A stretch of DNA of 64,000 nt from an uncultured Gemmatimonas sp. (GCA_964416005.1 CAYQCP010000006.1:20082-84081); one strand, 5' to 3'; positions 17,454 through 25,895 are shown, counted from the stretch's first letter. Numbers and translations: made by a program. Notes: generated by a model not told the origin, from the letters alone.

Positions 17454-18200
17454 CTAGATGACCGCGAGTTCACGCGGGTATTCGTCCCACGTGCGGCCAT
17501 CGAGTTCACGGCCACCGGCCTTCGGGGTAAAACCGCCCCATTGCTTCCAGAAGAAGCGGATCCTCCGTCGGCGACACAGCGCGCGCAACCCACGCGCCCA
17601 TCGGATGTCGACCGGGCGATACCCTGGTCCGCTCTCCCCGCCGCCGATGATCCAGTCGATCCCGCTGACGTCGAGGTCATCGAGCGGTCCGAGCAGCGGC
17701 TCCGCGGAGATGAACCGCACCGCGGCAGGGATCGCGCGCAACGCGTTGGCGCGGTGCGCCACGTCCATGTTCTCAATCGACGTCCCCATCCAGATATTCG
17801 GGCTCCAGTTCAGCCTGTCGGCAAGGCGCACCGCGCGCTCCGGTCGCTTCGTCAGGAGTTGGAACTGATGCTGGCCACACTCGTTCATCACCGCGAAGAC
17901 CCGCTGGATGTGCTCCAGGGAGAAGTGCGCGTGAAAGACGTCGCTCATCGAGTTGACGAAGACGCGACGAGGCTCCCTCCACTTCCGCGGCAATTCGATG
18001 CGATCGATCCAGAAGCGTGGAGCGAACGGATCGTCGCGATTCGCGGAGGACTCCCGCACGGGCGGCTGCTGTAGGTAGATCTGCCGTGTGCGTCGATAGG
18101 CCACGACCTGAGCGTAACAGTGATCGCAACCGGCGGAGATCTTCGTACACCCCGTCATCGGGTTCCACGTTTCGTCGGTCCACTCGATCTTGGTCGGCAT
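17454..18200 (-). CDS. DUF5131 / phage Gp37-Gp68 family protein
   Basis: MPTKIEWTDETWNPMTGCTKISAGCDHCYA (family-typical start and C-x6-C-x2-C), FVNSMSDVFH, FISAEPLLGP, and IIGGGESGPGYRP. Conservative start at 18200; an in-frame upstream extension exists (see findings). Confidence 0.85.
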   Translation of the reverse strand: MPTKIEWTDETWNPMTGCTKISAGCDHCYAQVVAYRRTRQIYLQQPPVRESSANRDDPFAPRFWIDRIELPRKWREPRRVFVNSMSDVFHAHFSLEHIQRVFAVMNECGQHQFQLLTKRPERAVRLADRLNWSPNIWMGTSIENMDVAHRANALRAIPAAVRFISAEPLLGPLDDLDVSGIDWIIGGGESGPGYRPVDIRWARGLRALCRRRRIRFFWKQWGGFTPKAGGRELDGRTWDEYPRELAVI

Positions 18201-18559
18201 CGAGCGCTCCGGCTCCGGGTGATAGTGCCAAGAATGGCAGCACGGTTCGACCGCCGCAACCGCAACGCGGAGCAGAGTTCGGAGGTCGACGAGGGGAGGA
18301 CACAGGTGTATCGACTGCTGGGCCATATCGAGCGACCCATCGGGACGGATGGCGCCGACGAGCGGCTGCAGCGCGCAGCGCGAGACCGACACGCGCTCGC
18401 AGCGTGTGCCCGTCCGCAGACGCACGTCGTCGACGACCTGGAACAGGTCCCGAATGCCCCGGCCTACGAGACAACGCGGGTTCCCTGCGGGATGCCGGTC
18501 CGTCGCTCGCAAAGCCACCACGACTCTGGATGTGTGCTGTACCACCGCGACCGCCAGCG

Positions 18560-19963
18560 CTAACCCCAGAGTGACCGATTCACCTGCTGCATGCTGGCGC
18601 TGCTGCAGAATACGCAATTTGCGTCTGTCATTCGTCGCCGACGGCGAGACGCGAGAGGCGGCCGCCAGGCGCTGACGCTCCAGTAGTTGTCGCTTAATGG
18701 AGGACCACTCGTCAGTCGCCGGGCCAACTCCAGGGCGAGCAATGTGCCGGCGAGCGCACTGATGAAGGCGAAGGGCGCCAAGACGCGTTCGTCCGCCGTC
18801 GCCGCCAGCGCTCCCGATGCGCACAGCTGCTTGAACAGCGTGTCGTAGGCCGTTCCCTCGATATCGGTGCTGACAAGGTGCGGGTGACGTTTCGCAATCC
18901 GAGCGGCGGCCCGCGGACTGATTCGTGATTCGCGAACATCCGTCACAGTGACATCGAGATGGTCCGCGATATGTTGTTCAAGCGAATACTCCGCTTCGTC
19001 GGCGCGGTAGATACACGCCAAGCAGGCGGCCGTCGTCGGTTGGCGGTGATGGTGGATGACGACCTCGTGAATGCCGGTGGTCGAGGCATCGAACACCTCG
19101 CCTGGACACTCATTCTGCAGCTCGCGTCGCGCGCGACGACTATCAACCGCCACGATGAGACGAGGTAACCATGCGCCATGCGTCTTCATTGGAAGGTTCT
19201 GGAGCCGCGCCCTGTAGCCCCGAAGCGTCAATTGCGCGAAGTCCGCGCGCGCCTTCTCGGCGAGACACAGAGCCTTCGCTTGGCCGATATCGGGCGGATT
19301 GAAGTAGAGCTGTCGATTCAGATTACCTGACGCCACGACATCGTCGTCCGCGATGACCAACTCTCCGGACACCGGGAGATGCCGAAGCGCCCAGAGAAAT
19401 CCGTTTCCGATGGCGCCCGCGCCTGCCAGATACGCGGTCCCCACATCAAACGGGGTGGCAAGTTGCGCGTCGTCGAGCCCTACCACGGCGAACGACAGAC
19501 GAAACGGCAGGCGCAGCGGCACCGGACCCGATTGCGGCACGGTTTCGGGCAGAAGCGCGCGGAAGGCGGCCGCCGCGATGTAACACGCCGCGAGCGCGAC
19601 GTAGGGTCGCGACACGGGAACGTCGAGAGCCGCGGGGAGCTTCGCGCCGTCGATCGTGAGGCCCGCACGATCGAGGACCGCGAATCGGCGTGGTGCCGTG
19701 CTCCTCGGTGTGGTCGCTCCCACAACGACCTCAAGATCCGGCACGAAGCCCTCAGACGTCATGCTGACCTGGGTCACGGAACGAGCCAACAACTCGATCA
19801 CGTCCTGCGCGAGGGCGACGGCGGTCGCATCGCTCGCGGGAGCGGTGACCAGCACATTGCGGTCCAGCGTGCGCTCGGCCTCATCGACGCTGAGTCCGGC
19901 AGCGCGGGCGAGCGTGCGGGCATTCTCTGATCGGGCCTCCTGCGTCAGGAGAGATCCAGGCAT
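18560..19963 (-). CDS. E1-like ThiF/MoeB-family adenylating enzyme (BilD-like)
   Basis: YLAGAGAIGNGFLWAL (Rossmann GxGxxG), NLNRQ, DSRRAR, and the CxxC pairs CLACIY and CVFCSS. About 190 aa of N-terminal extra domain. Start at MPGSLLT (19963). Confidence 0.85.
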   Translation of the reverse strand: MPGSLLTQEARSENARTLARAAGLSVDEAERTLDRNVLVTAPASDATAVALAQDVIELLARSVTQVSMTSEGFVPDLEVVVGATTPRSTAPRRFAVLDRAGLTIDGAKLPAALDVPVSRPYVALAACYIAAAAFRALLPETVPQSGPVPLRLPFRLSFAVVGLDDAQLATPFDVGTAYLAGAGAIGNGFLWALRHLPVSGELVIADDDVVASGNLNRQLYFNPPDIGQAKALCLAEKARADFAQLTLRGYRARLQNLPMKTHGAWLPRLIVAVDSRRARRELQNECPGEVFDASTTGIHEVVIHHHRQPTTAACLACIYRADEAEYSLEQHIADHLDVTVTDVRESRISPRAAARIAKRHPHLVSTDIEGTAYDTLFKQLCASGALAATADERVLAPFAFISALAGTLLALELARRLTSGPPLSDNYWSVSAWRPPLASRRRRRMTDANCVFCSSASMQQVNRSLWG

Positions 19964-20406
19964 GTGTCCACCTCCCGTGCGGGCACCGCACACCACACAT
20001 TGCGGGCGTTCAGGCGGAAGACCTTCACGTCGTCCGCGAAGGTCCGGTCATCCGTGTTGACCGCGAACTGGGGCAGGACCAGCGAGAGCGCCCCTTCATG
20101 GCGAATGATGGCCCATGTATCATCCGCGACTGAATGGAACGCGTCGCGCGGATGCGTGTGCACCTGGGCTGCCACCATCAATCGTTCACGTCGAAGGTGC
20201 GCCGTGAGCTCGCGCATGCTCGCTGGCGGAATCCGGAAGAGATCCGCGCGCGCTTCCTGCATTGGCCGATAGCATTCGGTGACCACGATGGAGTCTCCCG
20301 CTCGTCGACCAAGCCAAAGCACCACGCACTCCACGCGCGTGCGTCCCGTCTCCTGAAGTACTGCGAGCGTTATCGCGCGCAGCGACGCGTTCACCCGGAC
20401 TCGCAT
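19945..20406 (-). CDS. JAB/MPN (JAMM) metalloprotease (BilC-like)
   Basis: ECVVLWLGRR (conserved Glu) and QVHTHPRDAFHSVADD (HxH...S..D). The ATG at 20406 shares one nucleotide with the E2 stop. Confidence 0.85.
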   Translation of the reverse strand: MRVRVNASLRAITLAVLQETGRTRVECVVLWLGRRAGDSIVVTECYRPMQEARADLFRIPPASMRELTAHLRRERLMVAAQVHTHPRDAFHSVADDTWAIIRHEGALSLVLPQFAVNTDDRTFADDVKVFRLNARNVWCAVPAREVDTCLDLS

Positions 20407-20843
20407 CAGCCGGCTCCTTTTCGCCAGGCGCGCCAAAGCTGTGTCAGTAATCCGCCAAGCGAGTATTCGTCCAGTGTCTTCAACGGTTCCCACGGATCAT
20501 TCAAATGGCTCGGATGGCAGTGGTACTCGCGCGACCCGCGCATGCAAACGAAGGGTCGACCCGTCGTGGGATGTGGACTGTTGTTGAACACGCCGGTGGG
20601 GTTCGGCAGGAGTTGCGATAGCGCCGTCCCCGTCGCGTCGAGGAGTGCGATGGACGCGGGCGTGTCATTCCAATCGTCGCACGTCAATCGCACGCGGAGC
20701 GTCGTGCGCCCGGCGGCCGCAAAGGAACAATCAAGATCGGGGAACTCCTGGGTATGCAAGATCCAGCCGCGCTGCGCGAGGAGCGACGCTGGAATGCGCG
20801 CGACCTCCTCGCGAAAGCGGGCTTTGGCAGCTTCGGGGTGCAC
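20406..20843 (-). CDS. E2-like ubiquitin-conjugating protein (BilB-like)
   Basis: SPHPTTGRPFVCMRG resembles the E2 HPN-x(n)-G-x-x-C active-site loop. GTG start at 20843 lies 2 nt after the Ubl stop and is preceded by GGGGGAGGG. The track uses a TTG at 20876. Confidence 0.7.
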   Translation of the reverse strand: MHPEAAKARFREEVARIPASLLAQRGWILHTQEFPDLDCSFAAAGRTTLRVRLTCDDWNDTPASIALLDATGTALSQLLPNPTGVFNNSPHPTTGRPFVCMRGSREYHCHPSHLNDPWEPLKTLDEYSLGGLLTQLWRAWRKGAG

Positions 20844-20845
20844 GG

Positions 20846-21157
20846 CTACCCTCCCCCGCCTTCCGGGGGGCCCCAATCCAGCTCCACCCGTCCCTGGAGG
20901 TGGTTCTCGAGGTAACTCCTCGCGGGATCCACCTGACGCAGGCCGCCATCATCGGAGACCGTGACAAGCCACCCGTCGGTGCTCGTGAGGTGCAGGGCGA
21001 GCGCCGCTGCCTTGAGCACGACCGACACTTTCTGGTGCGGCGGAATCTCCTGGTACCCTTCCTCGGGATAGAGTCCGGCGGTCGTGGAAACCGAGACCTG
21101 TACCTTCTCGGCCCGCTCGACAGCCGCGTTCAGTTGGGACTGCGCAAGATCGCTCAC
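20846..21157 (-). CDS. Ubiquitin-like beta-grasp protein ending in Gly-Gly (BilA-like)
   Basis: 103 aa, beta-rich (VQVSVSTTAGLY...WLVTVSDDGGLRQV...RVELDW). The C-terminus ...PPEGGGG is immediately followed by the stop. First gene of the operon. Confidence 0.7.
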   Translation of the reverse strand: MSDLAQSQLNAAVERAEKVQVSVSTTAGLYPEEGYQEIPPHQKVSVVLKAAALALHLTSTDGWLVTVSDDGGLRQVDPARSYLENHLQGRVELDWGPPEGGGG

Positions 21158-21192
21158 GGAACCTCCGACGCTGAATGATGGTACTGTAGTTT

Positions 21193-21256
21193 ATGGCCAG
21201 TTTATACATATGTCAATGGCCAGATTTCACACTATTTATCTTGCGTTATGGGCCAA
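21193..21256. promoter_or_regulatory. Three ATGGCCA-type repeats in a divergent promoter (candidate RHH operator)
   Basis: TTATGGCCAGTTTA (21191-), CAATGGCCAGATTT (21214-) and TTATGGGCCAATTG (21246-) lie in the low-GC gap between the Bil operon and the RHH gene. Confidence 0.4.
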
Positions 21257-21294
21257 TTGTTGTTACCTTTCAGGTCGCTCACAGGGGGGGACGT

Positions 21295-21504
21295 ATGGAT
21301 CGCCGACAGATGACGCTGATGCTAAGCGACCGCGAAATGACGGTGCTCGACGAGCTCTCTGCGCGCCGTGGGATGTCGAAGACCGCGCTCGTTCGTCAGG
21401 CGCTGAGGCTCTATCAGTCGATCACTGAGCGCATTGCCTCCGGCGACAAGCTCTTCATGGAACACCCGCACACGAAGGAGAAGGCAGAGCTCGTCGTGCT
21501 ATGA
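21295..21504 (+). CDS. Ribbon-helix-helix (CopG/Arc-type) protein
   Basis: MDRRQMTLMLSDREMTVLDELSARRGMSKTALVRQALRLY. ATG preceded by GGGGGGGA. Confidence 0.8.
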   Translation: MDRRQMTLMLSDREMTVLDELSARRGMSKTALVRQALRLYQSITERIASGDKLFMEHPHTKEKAELVVL

Positions 21505-22142
21505 CGGAGTTGATCAGCGTCGTCCCGCTCTACAATCGACTGACGGGCGCGTTTGAGGAAGCTCGACTCTACCAGCCGGTCGATCGCTCACATCTCGATG
21601 ACTTCGATGCCCGCTGGATGCCAGAGTTCGATCGGCGATTCGAAGCTCACGCGGCCCGCGGCGGCCGCGGCATCCCCGAGCAACTCCAGGATTGTCGCTG
21701 GGACTGGCGCGACTTGGTCGAGAAGTACGCCCGACGGCTTGATTACGAGTCGTTTGCCCTTGAGTGCGCAGGAAGCACCCAAGGGCTGCTCCTGGTGGCC
21801 ACGGCGGCGTTTGGTCGCGCCCCCGGGAACATGGGCCTTGAGATCGTCTATGTTGATCGCCTCGCGACGGCGCCGTGGAACCGGCTCGGTGGCGCACGAC
21901 CGCCGGTGTACAAGGGAGTCGGTCGCATCTTGTTGATCGCCGCCATGAGCTTGAGCGATGAATTGGGATTCCACCGACGTCTGGGATTGCACGCCTTGCC
22001 GCAGGCGGAGTCGTGGTACCGAGAGGTGTGCGGCATGGAAGATCTCGGTCCGGATCGCGCCTATGCGAACCTCTGCTACTTCGAAATGACGGAAACCCAA
22101 GCCGCGGCCTTCGTGGCCGAGGACGAGGAAGGCACCGCATGA
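21501..22142 (+). CDS. GNAT-family acetyltransferase-like protein
   Basis: LEIVYVDRLATAPWNR...YKGVGRILLIAAMSLSDELGFHRRLGLHALPQAESWY (acetyl-CoA-binding-type segment). ATGA overlap with the RHH stop. Confidence 0.7.
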   Translation: MTELISVVPLYNRLTGAFEEARLYQPVDRSHLDDFDARWMPEFDRRFEAHAARGGRGIPEQLQDCRWDWRDLVEKYARRLDYESFALECAGSTQGLLLVATAAFGRAPGNMGLEIVYVDRLATAPWNRLGGARPPVYKGVGRILLIAAMSLSDELGFHRRLGLHALPQAESWYREVCGMEDLGPDRAYANLCYFEMTETQAAAFVAEDEEGTA

Positions 22143-22660
22143 GACTGATTGTGTCGAAGGAGTGGCTGCGTCGACGCATCGCGTCGGATCCTGACATGGA
22201 AACCGACGCGGGGCTTTCCGTGGCCCGTCTCGACGGCCTGATCGCCGATGCCGTCGCTCCGCACGGAGTGCCGGGCGTACGCTCCGGGTCCACGGAGGAC
22301 CCACGGGCCCTTCGCCTTGCGCTCGCTCGTGTGGTGAAAGCGCTGCGCGTCCAATCTCACGCAACCGTGCAGGCCCTGGCCGAGCGCCTCGATGTGGAAC
22401 CTGCGGACCTGAAGGGACTCGAGGAGGACCCGGCGTTTATCGTTCCGCCCCGCACGCTCTCGTTGGTGGCAAAGCACTTTCAACTCCCAGTGAGCGAGGT
22501 TGCGATGCTCGCAGGTGCGACGCGGGTGACGGATCGCACCCTGGCTGACAATGCGCTAAAGTTCGCGGCGCGATCCGCCACGCTCAGCGACGTCGACGAC
22601 GAGGGTCGCGAAGCGCTCTTCGCCTTCGTCCGGTTTCTCACCGAACGTACCCACCGATGA
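22139..22660 (+). CDS. HTH (XRE-like) DNA-binding protein
   Basis: Internal ATG at 22139 (ATGA overlap). LARVVKALRVQSHATVQALAERLDVEPADLKGLEED. Confidence 0.7.
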   Translation: MRLIVSKEWLRRRIASDPDMETDAGLSVARLDGLIADAVAPHGVPGVRSGSTEDPRALRLALARVVKALRVQSHATVQALAERLDVEPADLKGLEEDPAFIVPPRTLSLVAKHFQLPVSEVAMLAGATRVTDRTLADNALKFAARSATLSDVDDEGREALFAFVRFLTERTHR

Positions 22661-23589
22661 GCCTCGACGCGCCCGTGGTTGGTGTGCGCGAGCGCCGGTC
22701 CATTGCAGATGCCGTGGCGCGCGTCCTTCAGGATCTGGGAACGCCGGAGCCGCCGCTCAAGCTCGAAGACGTGCGGCAGCTGCTGGCGCTCGACCTGCAG
22801 TACTATGACGGTTCCGACCGGAGCGTCATCAAGGCGTTTACGCACCAGTACCGGCTGTTCGCCAAGAAACGGCTTCCGGCCCTCGGCGCCAAACTGCAGC
22901 AGACGCTACGACAGTCGAAGCTGTTAGCGTTCTGGGTGCCGGACGGTAAGCGCGTTTTGATCGACGAGAGCGCGCCGAAGCCGAAGCATCGATGGATCGA
23001 AGGGCACGAGATCGCGCACAGCCTGACGGACTGGCATCGTGATTTCCTATTGGGCGACATCGCCGCGACACTCGATCCGCAGTGCCATGCGACCATCGAA
23101 GCAGAAGCGAACTATGGTGCGGGACAGCTCCTCTTCTTGCATGATCGCTTCGGCCGTGAAGCACGAGACCTGCCCGCGACGTTCTCCTCCGTCCAGCTGT
23201 TGGCCGGCCGCTACGCCAACTCCATCACCTCCACCCTGTGGCGCTTCGTGGAGCAGCGGAATCCCAGTGGGGCGTCGTTCGGCATGATCAGTGTGCACCC
23301 GAACGTCCCCACGATCGGCGCGCACGATGGCCCTGACCCGTGGCGCTATTTCATCCGGTCGGCTGCCTTCCAAACTCAGTTCTCTCATGTCACGGCGCAC
23401 GACGCGTATCGCATTCTCTCGACGCACGCGACCTATCAGCGCCGCGGCCCGATTCTCGAGATCGAGACGCGACTGCGTGACGTGAACGGGGTTGGGTGGC
23501 ACTTCAGCGTTGAGTCGTTCTGCAACTCGCATGCGGTGCTGACGCTGGGAGTCGCTGTTGCTCCCGTCGCGTCACGCGTCGCGGGATAA
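22657..23589 (+). CDS. ImmA/IrrE-like zinc metallopeptidase
   Basis: WIEGHEIAHSLTDWH (HExxH) and IEAEANYGAGQLLF. ATGA overlap with the upstream HTH gene. Confidence 0.8.
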   Translation: MSLDAPVVGVRERRSIADAVARVLQDLGTPEPPLKLEDVRQLLALDLQYYDGSDRSVIKAFTHQYRLFAKKRLPALGAKLQQTLRQSKLLAFWVPDGKRVLIDESAPKPKHRWIEGHEIAHSLTDWHRDFLLGDIAATLDPQCHATIEAEANYGAGQLLFLHDRFGREARDLPATFSSVQLLAGRYANSITSTLWRFVEQRNPSGASFGMISVHPNVPTIGAHDGPDPWRYFIRSAAFQTQFSHVTAHDAYRILSTHATYQRRGPILEIETRLRDVNGVGWHFSVESFCNSHAVLTLGVAVAPVASRVAG

Positions 23590-23733
23590 GGTCACCTCGT
23601 CAGCACTGGCGAACGCCGTGCACCGGTGAGCCGTAGCGGGCAAGGCGTACAGCACCCAGCACTCCTTCGCCACTTCCTTCGGCGAAGCGGCGGCGCGCCG
23701 GCATCCCGCGCCGACACGACCGGAGGGTGCCGC

Positions 23734-24195
23734 TCAACGGAGCGGTTCCCTCAGGCATGCCAGTACGGCGTCGTAGAGCGGCTGATGTAGAACCGTCCAC
23801 CGATAGGGCCAGCCGAATGCCTCGCAGATGGCGGCGGCAACGGACCTGCTTCGGCTCACTCCAGCGTGGCAGTGGAGGAGCATCTGAGGCGCACGTCGGT
23901 GTGTTCGCACAAAGGCGGCGATGGCCGCGGCTGGCAGGCGCACATCTACGCCTGGCTCCAAGTTGCCGTGGAGGTCGACATCTTCGATCTCCAGCGACAG
24001 TATCGACTTCCAACCAGACCGAAACGTCGTCCGTTCCATGCCTGGCGCTCGGATCGAGATCACCACGCCGCGATGCACCGGCCTCGCATGCGCGGCCTCA
24101 TCTCTTGAGAGCACGCGGACCAACGGCACGCCTCGAGGGCGACGTCCGTGCCAGAGCGGTCCATCTTCGCTCAACATCCGTTCGAGTGACGTCAT
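23734..24195 (-). CDS. Cys-based protein phosphatase (dual-specificity/PTP-like)
   Basis: P-loop LLHCHAGVSRSRSVAAAI (HCxxGxxRS). Confidence 0.65.
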   Translation of the reverse strand: MTSLERMLSEDGPLWHGRRPRGVPLVRVLSRDEAAHARPVHRGVVISIRAPGMERTTFRSGWKSILSLEIEDVDLHGNLEPGVDVRLPAAAIAAFVRTHRRAPQMLLHCHAGVSRSRSVAAAICEAFGWPYRWTVLHQPLYDAVLACLREPLR

Positions 24196-24431
24196 CGGCG
24201 AGAAGAAGAGTGGCGAAGTAGTGCGAGGCGATCAGGGTGACTCCGGCCAGGGGCGGAGACTCCGCAGCGGCGACTCAGGCAAGGCAAGTCATGCCGATCG
24301 GTGCGGACTTGTGGCGCACACCAACCATCGGCGCCGGGCTCGCCGAGCCGTGGTCGCGAGTCGCTCAGGACGAACCATGCTATCGGGGGCGCCGATGAAG
24401 GTGCTGGCGTCGGCGTCCGGCAAAGGGGCGT

Positions 24432-25895
24432 TCATTTCGTTCCGGCGCGGTCTGGCCAACGCTTCGGCACGGATGCCACAACCGGTTCCGAAGTCCTCAC
24501 ATCACTCATCTTCGTCCGCACCGCATTCCGTGCCTCCTTCGCTCGCCCGAGAAGTTCCCGATTCTCGCGGTCTCTATAGACGCGATTACGTGTCTCGCGG
24601 CTGTTCGCCCCGATCTTCTCGAGGAGCAGGTCATCCTCGTAGTGAAGGGCTGCGACGTCTATCATCGTGCGGCGCACACCGTACCAACCGCGGCCCGGCA
24701 CTGGAGTGATTCCCACGTGCTTCTCGAGCTCGTGAAAGGCGTCAAGTGCGGACCGCCGATTCCAGCGCGACAATCGCTTTCGCGGGGTGATGATGCCCCC
24801 GCGCAGCTTTCCACCGGGAAAGAGCGGGTAGTCCTGCCGGGCTGCCATCTGGAACTCTCGTTCCAGCTTGCACAGATACCCCGACGCGAGAATCGCGCGT
24901 ATCCGCTCTCCCTGGGCGTCGTCGAGCTCGATGTCCGTGCCCGGTTTGCTGCCTTGCTGCGGAATGTGCAGCGTGAATCGGAAACTCGCACCCCGCCGCT
25001 CGGTGTTGAGGTCGGTTCGATTGCACGCCAGCAGCTGCCCCAGGCGAAGTTCAGCACCAACGTCGAACAACAACTTGAAGCGTGGGTCGCCGTATTCGTC
25101 CGCGGCGCGAAGGAGTTTCGCAATATCGGCAGCTTCGTGACGAGGTCGACGGGGAGTATGCTTCTGTTTGAATTGCTTTTCCCACGCGCGGCCGAGCTGG
25201 GCATGCCAGTCCTTAGGCACGAGCACATGGTCTCTGGACACGCGACCGCTTTCCACGAGCCACCGCGCGATCTTCGTCAGCGCGGCCACTGCGATTTCCA
25301 GCGACCGTGGGCTCGGTGTCGGAGACGGGACGGACGAGGGTGCCGCGTCAGCGGTCAACCGCGCCAGGTGCTGTCTGGCGCTCGCTGCAATCCAAGCAGT
25401 GACGCCTGCCATCACATCGTCGGAACGTACAGCGTCCCAAAGGGAATCGCCGGGCAGGAAGTCCTTGGCGAGGCGGCGCACGAGGCGCGCAGCGTCTGCA
25501 TGCTGTCGCGCAGCGCCGAGGTAGACACCGCCTGGGTCCGTAGCGAGTGCAATCTCGACACCTTCGCGGAGCGTGAGTGCCGCGAAGACCTGCCCCCTCC
25601 AAGTCCCCGCCCGAACCGCCGCCAATCGCGCGGACTGTGCGTTCGCGATTTCCCGTGCTCGCTCGATCTTCGCTTCCACCAGTTCACCCTTGGCGTCGCG
25701 GATCGTGAGCGCCACTCGGACCTTCACCCGCCGATCTCGACCGCTGCGACGCGGATCGGAGTAGCGAAGCTGTAGTCTCCCGGATCGATCGGCACGCTCC
25801 TCAATGATGACACGCGCGCCGTGCGCACCGCAGGAATAGCGGAACGGGGCGGCGCGCGCGGCGCGGCGCGCGCGAACGCCCAAGCGTCGCGTCAC
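24432..25895 (-). CDS. Tyrosine recombinase / phage-type integrase
   Basis: C-terminal catalytic region GRGWYGVRRTMIDVA...NRVYRD. N-terminal arm-type segment RLQLRYSDPRRSGRDRRVKV. GTG start at 25895 overlaps the upstream stop (GTGA). The track ORF extends to 26369. Confidence 0.85.
   Translation of the reverse strand: MTRRLGVRARRAARAAPFRYSCGAHGARVIIEERADRSGRLQLRYSDPRRSGRDRRVKVRVALTIRDAKGELVEAKIERAREIANAQSARLAAVRAGTWRGQVFAALTLREGVEIALATDPGGVYLGAARQHADAARLVRRLAKDFLPGDSLWDAVRSDDVMAGVTAWIAASARQHLARLTADAAPSSVPSPTPSPRSLEIAVAALTKIARWLVESGRVSRDHVLVPKDWHAQLGRAWEKQFKQKHTPRRPRHEAADIAKLLRAADEYGDPRFKLLFDVGAELRLGQLLACNRTDLNTERRGASFRFTLHIPQQGSKPGTDIELDDAQGERIRAILASGYLCKLEREFQMAARQDYPLFPGGKLRGGIITPRKRLSRWNRRSALDAFHELEKHVGITPVPGRGWYGVRRTMIDVAALHYEDDLLLEKIGANSRETRNRVYRDRENRELLGRAKEARNAVRTKMSDVRTSEPVVASVPKRWPDRAGTK

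Noticed and set aside
18561-18824. Further upstream extension of the 456-aa track ORF containing DUF5131
   Set aside because: This part overlaps the C-terminus of the E1 gene in a different frame. Only the 18201-18559 portion remains an open question (reported as a finding).
24642-25775. 377-aa plus-strand ORF
   Set aside because: It is antisense to the tyrosine integrase, whose catalytic motifs are clear on the minus strand.
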